A stretch of 25,629 bases of DNA from a virus (lineage: Duplodnaviria > Caudoviricetes): the IMG/VR virus record IMGVR_UViG_3300020044_011595, positions 1-25,629 of that record, one strand, 5' to 3'. The translations under genes and the position numbers were made by a program. Position 1 is the stretch's first letter; every line of letters begins with the position of its first letter. Below are positions 9,011 through 17,973 of this stretch, piece by piece. The notes under the pieces were generated by a model. The model did no database searches. It saw only the letters and a program-made list of their open reading frames with translations, and was not told the origin of the DNA.

Positions 9011-9301
9011 ATGCCAATACAATCAACAAATCCAATAGTAGTAGATGGTATTGAATACCCATATTACACTGTAAATTTAGCAATTTCACCTTTAGTTAAA
9101 GAAACTGAAGTTGGTGCTAGTGTAGCAATGCGTTTAACCCCTTATCGAGAATTAGAGGGAGGACGCCCAGATGTATTGCAAGGACATGATCGTCCCGTAG
9201 TGTATTTGGATGTATTTGCTTCCGAGGACATGCCTGCGGAAACAGCTGCATATAATATATTAGGAACTATTCAACAATATATAACAGAAAAAGGATTGTA
9301 A
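9011..9301 (+). CDS. Hypothetical protein, possible adaptor/chaperone for the adhesin array
   Basis: 96-aa ORF tightly packed (4-nt and 1-nt gaps) just before the four paralogs; ordinary globular composition. Confidence 0.55.
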   Translation: MPIQSTNPIVVDGIEYPYYTVNLAISPLVKETEVGASVAMRLTPYRELEGGRPDVLQGHDRPVVYLDVFASEDMPAETAAYNILGTIQQYITEKGL

Positions 9302-9302
9302 G

Positions 9303-10499
9303 ATGCCAAATAGATGGCCAATATCATCAGGTAACTGGAGTAATTCCGCAATATGGAGTGGTTCAATTATTCCTACTGCATCTGATGATGTATTTGCAAA
9401 TGGGCAAACGGTTAATATAGATACAAATGTTACAATTTTAACACTACAAAATATAGCAACGGGAAGTGTTGTAGCTAATGGTACTTTTTACTTGAATAAT
9501 AATGTCACAGTTACTGCAAACATCACAGTAGCAATATCCGGAATTTTAACTGATATAGTCCAAATTACTGGATCTAACTCAGCTACTATAATAGGAAATT
9601 TAACCGGCGGACAACGTAGAGCATTAACATTATCTGATGCATCAAGTATTAATATAATAGGAAATGTTACTGCAGGAGCAGGTGCGTCATTCCATGGAAT
9701 ATCCCACAACTCAACAGGAAATCTAATAATGTCGGGAAGTATTATTGGACCAACTAGTGCTCAATCATTTGGAATAGTGCAAATAAACACCGGTAATATA
9801 TATGTAACCGGAAGTACATATAGTAGAACAACTGCAGCCTCCGGTGGCGGAATTAGTTCAACTAGTACGGGAAATATATATGTTAGAGGAAATGTTACCG
9901 GTTCATTTAATGCATCATCATACGGAATATCAAAAACAACAGCAGGAAATATTGAAGTAAATGGAAATTGTATATCATTAACAGGTTCTGCAATATTTTA
10001 TAGTGCAAATAATATACTTAGTATTAATGGTATTATATCATCTAGTATAGCAGCACCTGGAATTCAATCAACAGGAACTACTGCAACTAATCTATTTACA
10101 GGCCCATTCTACAACACAGGTTCATTTAATGCAGTTTATGCATATCGTATGCAAATGTTAAGTACGTCCTCACAATGGACTTTTGACACAGAAACTGCAG
10201 GTGTTGTAAAAACATTATATACTTCAAATACATTACCCGGAGTACCTCAACAAACTGATGTACGACGAGGTGTAACATATAATTTTGGATTAACTGGCTC
10301 ACTTGAAATGCCTGATCCAACAACAGTAAAAACAGGAGTTGCTGTAGACAACACAACAGGTTCTGCTATTTTAACCCCACAAGATATGTTTGATGTAGCA
10401 ACTCAAACATTAACTGACTCAGGTAGTATAGGAAATTTATTAACCGGAGCTTCCACTGTACAAACAACGGGAGCTACCATATCATCATTTAAAGTGTAA
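9303..10499 (+). CDS. Beta-helix adhesin/spike paralog 1
   Basis: G8-like N-terminus (GNWSNSAIWSGSIIPTASDDV...VNID), central I.GN/GS beta-helix repeats, shared C-terminal block (P..TDVRRG...GVAVDNTTGSA). Confidence 0.7.
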   Translation: MPNRWPISSGNWSNSAIWSGSIIPTASDDVFANGQTVNIDTNVTILTLQNIATGSVVANGTFYLNNNVTVTANITVAISGILTDIVQITGSNSATIIGNLTGGQRRALTLSDASSINIIGNVTAGAGASFHGISHNSTGNLIMSGSIIGPTSAQSFGIVQINTGNIYVTGSTYSRTTAASGGGISSTSTGNIYVRGNVTGSFNASSYGISKTTAGNIEVNGNCISLTGSAIFYSANNILSINGIISSSIAAPGIQSTGTTATNLFTGPFYNTGSFNAVYAYRMQMLSTSSQWTFDTETAGVVKTLYTSNTLPGVPQQTDVRRGVTYNFGLTGSLEMPDPTTVKTGVAVDNTTGSAILTPQDMFDVATQTLTDSGSIGNLLTGASTVQTTGATISSFKV

Positions 10500-10501
10500 T
10501 T

Positions 10502-11821
10502 ATGCCAAATAGATGGCCCATAGCAAACGGAAATTGGAGTAACGCTGCAATTTGGAGTGGATCATTAATACCCACAGATTCAGATGTAGTGTATTCTAAT
10601 GGAAAAGTTGTTAATATCGATACTAATGTTTCATTTACTACATTACGAAATGATGCATCTGCTTCGGCCGTAGTTGCGGGAGGATTTTTTATACCAAATG
10701 ATGGTATAACTATGATGGGTAATATATTAGGTAGTTATGGATTAGTAGCTAATAATGAATATGTTGTACGATGTACAGGGTCAAATTCATCTACTTTAAT
10801 AGGAAATATTTCAACTGGTGGTAGTAACTACATGGTTGCTGTAAGTATGGCTAATGGTTCTTCATTTACAGTAACAGGCAGTGTCCAATGCAGTTCATTA
10901 GCACTTGGAGGAGGAACAGGTAATAGAGCTATATTAATGAACTCAACCGGATCTTTACTTATAACAGGCTCAGTTTCGTCTGGCGGGAACGGTAGTAGTT
11001 TAGGAACAATACATGCAACAGCAGCAGGCACTATACAAATTATAGGCAATGTTACATCATTAACTGGACCACTCCCGGGACCTGTTATTTTTGTTCAAGG
11101 AAACCCAAATATAACAATTCTAGGAGATGTTATTTCTAGCGTATCAATCCCTATTAATATTAACACGGGTACTTCTACATTAACTATAACAGGGAGTATT
11201 TATTCCGTAGGTACTACTGCTACTGTAATAATTAACATAGGCGGAACTTCATGTAATGTTAATATATCTGGGAGTATAATTTCTGGTCCAAATACAATAG
11301 CTTTACAGCATACTACTGCTGGTACTTCAAATTTAATAGGACCGATTTTTGCTTCATATACATTTCCTGGAGTAACATTTTCAAATGCATCTCATGTATT
11401 AAATGCAACAGGCCCTTTTTATAACAATAATAATAGAAATGCAGTAAATTCAATCAGTTTACAACTACTCTCAGGCTCAACTCCAACATGGACATTTGAC
11501 ACAGAAACATATGCAGAACAAAGAACCCTATATACACAAAATTACCCAGGCAATTTTCCATCTATCTCAAACGTAAGACAAGGAATAGTATTTGGAGACA
11601 CAAACCAATTCACAGGAACAGTAGCAATACCTTCTACCGGTTCTGTACTTAAAGGAGTACCTGTAGATAACATAACAGGTTCTGCTTCATTTACAATACA
11701 AAATGTGTGGAGCACACCAACAAACAGTTTAACTGCTTCAAATAGTTTAGGAGCACGTTTAAGCAACACAGCAACAGTTGCATCAGACGGAATATTAATT
11801 GCATTAACAGGAAGTTTATAA
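10502..11821 (+). CDS. Beta-helix adhesin/spike paralog 2
   Basis: Same N- and C-terminal blocks as paralog 1 (MPNRWP..GNWSN.AIWSGS; TWTFDTET; NVRQG; GVPVDNITGSA), divergent middle. Confidence 0.7.
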   Translation: MPNRWPIANGNWSNAAIWSGSLIPTDSDVVYSNGKVVNIDTNVSFTTLRNDASASAVVAGGFFIPNDGITMMGNILGSYGLVANNEYVVRCTGSNSSTLIGNISTGGSNYMVAVSMANGSSFTVTGSVQCSSLALGGGTGNRAILMNSTGSLLITGSVSSGGNGSSLGTIHATAAGTIQIIGNVTSLTGPLPGPVIFVQGNPNITILGDVISSVSIPININTGTSTLTITGSIYSVGTTATVIINIGGTSCNVNISGSIISGPNTIALQHTTAGTSNLIGPIFASYTFPGVTFSNASHVLNATGPFYNNNNRNAVNSISLQLLSGSTPTWTFDTETYAEQRTLYTQNYPGNFPSISNVRQGIVFGDTNQFTGTVAIPSTGSVLKGVPVDNITGSASFTIQNVWSTPTNSLTASNSLGARLSNTATVASDGILIALTGSL

Positions 11822-11822
11822 T

Positions 11823-13619
11823 ATGGCAGCAAGATTCGCAGTAGCAAATGGTAATTGGAGTAATCCTGCAACTTGGGATATTGGAGCTGTACCGGTTGAT
11901 GGGGATGGTGTACATACAAATGGTTTTAATGTTACTATCGATCAAAATATTAATGTACTTCGCCTTTCAAACCAATTAAGCCCTACATACCTCCCAGGAA
12001 CTGCAACCCCAGTAATGACTTCAAATACAACTCCATCAGGGGTTGCTTTTGCTAGTAGTCAATTTTCATTAAACGAACCACCTTGGCTAGCTTTTGATCA
12101 ATCAACAACTACAGCTTGGCGATCAGGAACAGCAAATAGCGGTTCTATAGGTTATCAATTTCCCACAGGAAAAATTATAAAACAATACGCTTTTATTTCG
12201 TGGAGTAATAATAATTTTAATCCCAGAAATTGGACTTTTGAAGGAAGTAATGATGGAGTAACATATACCATAATTGAAACAGTAACAGCATTTACAACAG
12301 TAGTTGACACATGGTATGTACGAAACGTTTCCGCGAATACTACATCATATGCTTACTACCGTATGAATATAACCGCAGTTCAATTAGCCGGCACTACCCC
12401 AATTGTTCGAGAACTTAATCTGTCAGAAAGTACTGGAAGTATATATGCTACTAGTACAAGTGGAAGTTTTATTTCTGGAGGAGACATACAAATTTCAGCC
12501 TCAGCACAATATGGTATTGAATCTAGTGGAGGAACAACTCCTGCAGGGTTAGCTTGTTTTATTATAACAGGCTCTCATTTTGTAGGTATTACTGGAAGTA
12601 TATTAGGTCCTAATGCAGGTCTTTCAAACACTAGATATGGAGCAATAATCAGAAATGGTGGTACTGCTAGTATCATAGGAGATGTATTTGGAGCCAACGC
12701 CGGCGGAGGATCTACTGGTGTTTTTGGTTTATATATTATAACAGGAAGTGCATTTATTACTGGAAGTTTAAGATGTATAAATAATACTGGAAATACATCG
12801 GGACATCCTTTAGTAATAAATAATGGTACTGCATCAATATCTGGTACTTTACAAAGTGCAACAAACTGTTCTCCTATATCAATGTTAGCAGGAAATGCCC
12901 AAGTTAATTTTACTGGCAATGCTGTAATAAATGGTACAAGTACAAGCAACATGCAAATAGGAATAGCATCAAGTCAAATAGGAACCTTAAATTATAACGG
13001 ATCCGTTATTGGAAACAATAATGCCGGTATAGGTATAGCAGGTAATGCTACTGTTAATATAACAGGTAGTGTTTTAACAATCGGAACAGCTGCAGGAATT
13101 GCCTCAACAGTTGCTAGTACAATAAACGTTAATGGCCCAATTACAGCAAATAACAGCGCCCCAGGCCTATCATCAACCTCAACTGCAGCAACAGTACGTG
13201 TTACAGGACCATTAATTGCATCTCAAAACAACATTAATCCTATTTTTTCACCACGCATACAACTTATATCAAATTCAACACCAACATACACACTAGAAAC
13301 AGATACATTTCCTAGAGAAGTTACATTTTACGATACGTCATTTACTTCTAGTTTACCCGCACAAACCAATGTTAGAAGCGGAAGTTTATATGGTGGTTCA
13401 AACGAATTTTCTGGTTCAATGGTAGTACCTTCAACAGGTTCTGTTCGTTACGGAGTACCCGTGGATAACACAACAGGTTCTGCTACATTAACACCGCAAG
13501 ACATTTTAACGTATGCAGTATCAAGTTTAACAGGTTCCAATTCAATTGGAGCTCGTTTACAAAATATAGCAACAGTACAAACCACAGCAGCAACTATTGC
13601 TGCTTTTAAAGGAAAATAA
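11823..13619 (+). CDS. Beta-helix adhesin/spike paralog 3 with inserted discoidin (F5/8 type C-like) domain
   Basis: Shared termini plus an insert at ~12003-12428: PVMTSNTTPSG..ASS...PWLAFD...W...PRNWTFEGSNDG..YT...YAYYRMNIT. Confidence 0.72.
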   Translation: MAARFAVANGNWSNPATWDIGAVPVDGDGVHTNGFNVTIDQNINVLRLSNQLSPTYLPGTATPVMTSNTTPSGVAFASSQFSLNEPPWLAFDQSTTTAWRSGTANSGSIGYQFPTGKIIKQYAFISWSNNNFNPRNWTFEGSNDGVTYTIIETVTAFTTVVDTWYVRNVSANTTSYAYYRMNITAVQLAGTTPIVRELNLSESTGSIYATSTSGSFISGGDIQISASAQYGIESSGGTTPAGLACFIITGSHFVGITGSILGPNAGLSNTRYGAIIRNGGTASIIGDVFGANAGGGSTGVFGLYIITGSAFITGSLRCINNTGNTSGHPLVINNGTASISGTLQSATNCSPISMLAGNAQVNFTGNAVINGTSTSNMQIGIASSQIGTLNYNGSVIGNNNAGIGIAGNATVNITGSVLTIGTAAGIASTVASTINVNGPITANNSAPGLSSTSTAATVRVTGPLIASQNNINPIFSPRIQLISNSTPTYTLETDTFPREVTFYDTSFTSSLPAQTNVRSGSLYGGSNEFSGSMVVPSTGSVRYGVPVDNTTGSATLTPQDILTYAVSSLTGSNSIGARLQNIATVQTTAATIAAFKGK

Positions 13620-13622
13620 CGC

Positions 13623-14870
13623 ATGCCAAATAGATGGCCCATAAATTCGGGAAGTTGGAGTGATTCTGCAATATGGAGCGGTAGCATAATACCTACCGCA
13701 TCAGATGACGTATTTTTAAATAATCAAGTTGTTACTTTAGATCAAAACATTACAGTTACTAGTATACAAACTGCAGCAACTGGAAGTGCGATTGCTGGCG
13801 GTAGAATTGAAATATATAATAATTTTAACATATCAGCTAGCTTAATTAGAAATACAACACAACCAACCACACTTATATTAAATTATGGTACCGGTAGTAT
13901 TACAATTACATCTCAACTTAATTCAAGTAGCGGAAATGAAGATTTTGTTTTAAATAACGTAAATAATGGAACTGTTAATATAGTAGGTAGTGTTTTTGGT
14001 AGAACAGGTCAAGGTGGAACATCTCCATTTGGGGTAATATTAAATTCAAAAAATGGAATTATTAATATAATAGGAAATATCAGACATGATGTTAATGGCG
14101 CTGGAGGTGGATGCACTGCAGTATATAATTTGCTAAATGGCGTTGTTAATATAACAGGTAATGTATTAGCAGGAAGTTCAAATGGTGCAGGTACTGTAAC
14201 CGCAATTTCAAACGTTTCAACAGGTATAATAAATGTAACAGGAAACATTATAGGGGGTACCACCACCGGCGGAATCAGCTCCCAAGCAATTGCTAATGGT
14301 TCTATAGGACAAGTAAATGTAACCGGAAATGTAACATCAAATCTATGGCCTGCTATAACATCGACCACAGCAGGTATCATAAATGTAATAGGACAACTAG
14401 CAGCATCAACAGCATCCAACGCAGTATCATCAACATCAACCACAGCAACCAACATATTCTCCGGACCATTCATCAACTCAGGTTCCCGAAATGCAATATA
14501 TTGTTATAACGTACGATTATATGATGATGTAACAACCCGTTACACAATTGGAGTATCTGGCTCAAACAATACAATTACTTTATATTCACCTGACCAAGTC
14601 ACCGGAGTTCCATCTGGTTCTAACGTTAGAGCAGGTGTAATTTATGGACCTGGAAATGAATTAACCGGTTCAATGCAAGTACCACATCCAAATTCCGTTT
14701 CATGGGGAGTACCGGTAGATAATACATCCGGATCAGCTTTAACGAAACCAGAAGACTTATGGAATTTTGCTTTAACTTCATTAACAGCATCCAATTCAAT
14801 AGGACAAAGACTAGCTTCAACTGCAACATCAGCTTCTAATGCTGCTATTGTAAGTTCATTCTCTAGTTAA
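13623..14870 (+). CDS. Beta-helix adhesin/spike paralog 4
   Basis: MPNRWPINSGSWSDSAIWSGSIIPTASDDV, repeated G.INI.GN turns, C-terminal NVRAG..YG...GVPVDNTSGSA. Confidence 0.7.
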   Translation: MPNRWPINSGSWSDSAIWSGSIIPTASDDVFLNNQVVTLDQNITVTSIQTAATGSAIAGGRIEIYNNFNISASLIRNTTQPTTLILNYGTGSITITSQLNSSSGNEDFVLNNVNNGTVNIVGSVFGRTGQGGTSPFGVILNSKNGIINIIGNIRHDVNGAGGGCTAVYNLLNGVVNITGNVLAGSSNGAGTVTAISNVSTGIINVTGNIIGGTTTGGISSQAIANGSIGQVNVTGNVTSNLWPAITSTTAGIINVIGQLAASTASNAVSSTSTTATNIFSGPFINSGSRNAIYCYNVRLYDDVTTRYTIGVSGSNNTITLYSPDQVTGVPSGSNVRAGVIYGPGNELTGSMQVPHPNSVSWGVPVDNTSGSALTKPEDLWNFALTSLTASNSIGQRLASTATSASNAAIVSSFSS

Positions 14871-14891
14871 TATTTATAACAAAATATTTAA

Positions 14892-16037
14892 ATGGCAAAT
14901 ATCCCTATCTGGCCCGGTTCAAGTAGTTTCTTTCCTGGCGACACACCTTTTGGCTTCTATGACAATGAATATCAATTTCAACAAGATGCTGATAAATTTG
15001 CACGATTTGCAGCGCAACGTTTAGGATATCCATTAGTAGAAATTGAATTACAAGATATAAACTTTTATACTGCTTTAGAGGATGCCATAACAACTTATGG
15101 AAATGAAGTATATGCTTACCAAGTAGCAGATAATTTATTAACTTTCCAAGGGAATCCATTAACAATTACAGCCCCAAACAATCAACTTGTCCAAGAAACA
15201 TTATCTAATGTTGTATTACTTTCAAATCAATATGGAACAGAAGCAGGCGTAGGAGGTAAAGTAACTTACTATTCAGGTTCAATTGAACTTACTCCAAATC
15301 AACAAAATTACGATATGAGTGCTTGGGCGATTTCACAAAGTATTTTAGGTGGAATTGAAATCAGACGTATCCATTACGAATCACCCCCAGCAATTACAAG
15401 ATATTTTGATCCATATGCTGGAACTGGTGTAGGGATGATGCAGATGTTAGATTCATTTGGGTGGGGATCGTACTCACCAGCTATTAACTTTATGTTAATG
15501 CCGATAAATTACGATTTACAAAAAATACAAGCAATTGAATTAAATGACCAAGTTAGAAAATCACAATATTCATTTGAACTTGTTAACAACCAATTAAAAT
15601 TATTTCCAATTCCACGTAACTCACATAAACTTTGGTTTCAATACGTTAAATTAGATGAAACTAGACAACCATATGCTGGTATAAGTGGTAGTGTGATAAC
15701 AAATGTTGCAGACGTTCCATATGAAAATCCAACTTACACTACTATAAATTCAATTGGTCGTTCTTGGATATTTGAATATGCTTTAGCAATTTCAAAAGAA
15801 ATCCTAGGATACATTAGAGGAAAATATTCTACTATTCCAATTCCTGGATCTGAAGTAACTTTAAACCAATCTGATTTAATATCAGCAGCAACAACAGAAA
15901 AACAAGCGTTAATTGAACGTTTAAGAGCATATTTAGATACAACTTCACGTAAAGCTTTACTTGAAAAGAAAGCACTTGAAGCAGAAAGCCAACAAAAGAC
16001 AATTAACTATGTACCAATGACAATTTTTATAGGATAA
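14892..16037 (+). CDS. Neck protein, T4 gp13-like
   Basis: RLGYPLVEIELQD near the N-terminus; WIFEYALAISKEILGYIRGKYSTIPIPGSEVTLN near the C-terminus; synteny. Confidence 0.8.
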   Translation: MANIPIWPGSSSFFPGDTPFGFYDNEYQFQQDADKFARFAAQRLGYPLVEIELQDINFYTALEDAITTYGNEVYAYQVADNLLTFQGNPLTITAPNNQLVQETLSNVVLLSNQYGTEAGVGGKVTYYSGSIELTPNQQNYDMSAWAISQSILGGIEIRRIHYESPPAITRYFDPYAGTGVGMMQMLDSFGWGSYSPAINFMLMPINYDLQKIQAIELNDQVRKSQYSFELVNNQLKLFPIPRNSHKLWFQYVKLDETRQPYAGISGSVITNVADVPYENPTYTTINSIGRSWIFEYALAISKEILGYIRGKYSTIPIPGSEVTLNQSDLISAATTEKQALIERLRAYLDTTSRKALLEKKALEAESQQKTINYVPMTIFIG

Positions 16038-16038
16038 A

Positions 16039-16548
16039 ATGGCACTATTTGGCTCAGCACGTGATGTTTCATTATTTAGACACCTTAATAGAGAATTGTT
16101 ATGGGATGTTATTACACAACAATGTGTATTTTACCAACTTAAAACAGCAGAAACAAAAGTAAACATCTATGGTGAAGCAGCTGGTGCAAGATTATACGCT
16201 GAACCTGTTCTATTAAACGTGTTAATTGAAAGAGGAGATGCCTCTCAACCAGTTAGCGAATTTGGTGTATCCTATGACAGACCAATGACATTTAGATTTT
16301 TACGTGATGATTTAGTGGATGCTAGCGTATTACCTGAATCTGGAGACATTATAATGTGGTATGAATCATATTGGGAAATTAATAATGTAAACAATAACCA
16401 GCTTATAGTTGGAAAAGACCCACTTTACCCATACAATACAAATCCATTAAACCCAGGTTTGGAAAATTTTGGTGCAGATTGGTCTATTATTTGTACAGCA
16501 AATTATGTTCCTGCAGATAAAGTTCAAATAACAAGAGAAAGATTGTAA
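16039..16548 (+). CDS. Neck/head-closure protein, T4 gp14-like
   Basis: NIYGEA, EFG, P..GDII..YESYWEI motifs; lies between the gp13-like and gp15-like genes. Confidence 0.7.
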   Translation: MALFGSARDVSLFRHLNRELLWDVITQQCVFYQLKTAETKVNIYGEAAGARLYAEPVLLNVLIERGDASQPVSEFGVSYDRPMTFRFLRDDLVDASVLPESGDIIMWYESYWEINNVNNNQLIVGKDPLYPYNTNPLNPGLENFGADWSIICTANYVPADKVQITRERL

Positions 16549-16549
16549 T

Positions 16550-17455
16550 ATGCCTAGAACTAGAAAACCCAATCCAAAATCTCAAAAACAGATCTCAAAT
16601 GAGCAGATAGAACCATATGTGTTCCCTGAAACCGGGGAATCTTATGGTAATCCAAACATTCCATCTAATTTTGACCAATTTACAGCAAACGAACAAAACG
16701 GAGTTGGATTTAATCGTTCTGAACAACTTTCATTTAAAGAAGATACAACCAAACCTTTCTCACTTGGGTTTGAAGATATAGACGAGGCTATTCACTATTA
16801 TTTTACCCAAGTAATTAAACCTTCAGTTATACAAAATAGTGTAAGGTTAGCTGTACCTGTAATTTATGGTTCACCTGAGCGATGGAAATCAACCCAAAAA
16901 GACGGATATTACAAAGATAAGAATGGTGCAATTATGGCTCCACTTATTATGTTTAAACGTGATAGTATAGATAAGAACCGTTCTTTGGGAAATAAAATGG
17001 ATGCAAATACTCCAAATTTATATACATCTTGGAAAAAAATATACAACACAAAAAATGCATATTCAAACTTTGATGTATTAAATAATCGCATTCCAGTAGA
17101 ACAATTTATAGTTAATGTTATCCCAGATTATGTTACATTATCATATTCTTGTGCCATACAAACCTATTATGTATCTCAATTAAATAAAATAGTTGAAGCA
17201 ATAAATTACGCTTCAGACACATATTGGGGAGAAAAAGATCGTTTTAAATTTTATGCTACAATTAGTTCATTTGATACCCCAATTGAAATTACAGATAATA
17301 CAAATAGAATAGCAAAAGCAACATTTACATTAACTATTAAAGGATATGTTGTACCTGATAATATTCAAAAACAACTAGTAGCTATTAAAAAATACAATAG
17401 TAAAGCTCAAGTTATAATTGGAATAGAAACAACTAACAATTTAAATAACCAATAA
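16550..17455 (+). CDS. Tail completion/sheath stabiliser, T4 gp15-like
   Basis: VPVIYGSPERW, P.YVTLSY, QLNKIVE, ATFTLTIKGY motifs; synteny. Confidence 0.72.
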   Translation: MPRTRKPNPKSQKQISNEQIEPYVFPETGESYGNPNIPSNFDQFTANEQNGVGFNRSEQLSFKEDTTKPFSLGFEDIDEAIHYYFTQVIKPSVIQNSVRLAVPVIYGSPERWKSTQKDGYYKDKNGAIMAPLIMFKRDSIDKNRSLGNKMDANTPNLYTSWKKIYNTKNAYSNFDVLNNRIPVEQFIVNVIPDYVTLSYSCAIQTYYVSQLNKIVEAINYASDTYWGEKDRFKFYATISSFDTPIEITDNTNRIAKATFTLTIKGYVVPDNIQKQLVAIKKYNSKAQVIIGIETTNNLNNQ

Positions 17456-17464
17456 TTTATAAAA

Positions 17465-17608
17465 ATGGCAAAAGCAAAATTACAATCAGCAGTTTCATTT
17501 GTAAGAAAACCACGTAAAAAACGTCCGGGAGTTCATTCAAAATCAAAAACAAGTAAAAATAAAACTAGTAAAAACTATACTAAATCTTATATAGCACAAG
17601 GTAAATAA
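17465..17608 (+). CDS. 47-aa highly basic protein (not in the ORF track)
   Basis: MAKAKLQSAVSFVRKPRKKRPGVHSKSKTSKNKTSKNYTKSYIAQGK; A-rich leader; fills the gap after the gp15-like gene. Confidence 0.75.
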   Translation: MAKAKLQSAVSFVRKPRKKRPGVHSKSKTSKNKTSKNYTKSYIAQGK

Positions 17609-17611
17609 AAC

Positions 17612-17642
17612 TTGATAGTATAAAATACTTATATTATATTAG
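17612..17642 (+). promoter_or_regulatory. Putative host-RNAP-type promoter
   Basis: TTGATA-17 nt-TATATT. It also reads as TTG-20 nt-TATATTAG, close to the Bacteroidota -33/-7 consensus TTTG...TAnnTTTG. Confidence 0.45.
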
Positions 17643-17663
17643 CACAATAAAACTCAATAAATT

Positions 17664-17927
17664 ATGTCAATAGTTACAGAAAAACAGTTTTTAACCGAAG
17701 AAGAGTTACAAACATTAAAAAACATTCAACAACAAACTCAAGCTATAGTATTAGAGTTAGGTGAAATTGAAATGGTCAAAATCCAAATTGAAAATCGTTA
17801 CAATAACGCAAAACAATTTTTATCTGATCTTTCTCAACAAGAACAAAATTTCACCCAATCCGTATTTGAAAAATATGGAAAATCTAGTGTCAACCCAGAA
17901 ACTGGTGAAATTACTAAAGTAGGTTAA
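17664..17927 (+). CDS. Small coiled-coil protein, possible assembly chaperone
   Basis: Helical Q/E-rich 87-aa protein ending EKYGKSSVNPETGEI. Confidence 0.7.
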   Translation: MSIVTEKQFLTEEELQTLKNIQQQTQAIVLELGEIEMVKIQIENRYNNAKQFLSDLSQQEQNFTQSVFEKYGKSSVNPETGEITKVG

Positions 17928-17973
17928 TCTAGAATAGATTACACCATATTTATAATAAAATAATTTATATCAA

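Noticed and set aside
9303-14870. Diversity-generating retroelement or shufflon acting on the adhesin array
   Set aside because: No reverse transcriptase, recombinase, adenine-specific TR/VR pair or inverted cassettes were seen; all copies are full-length and co-oriented.
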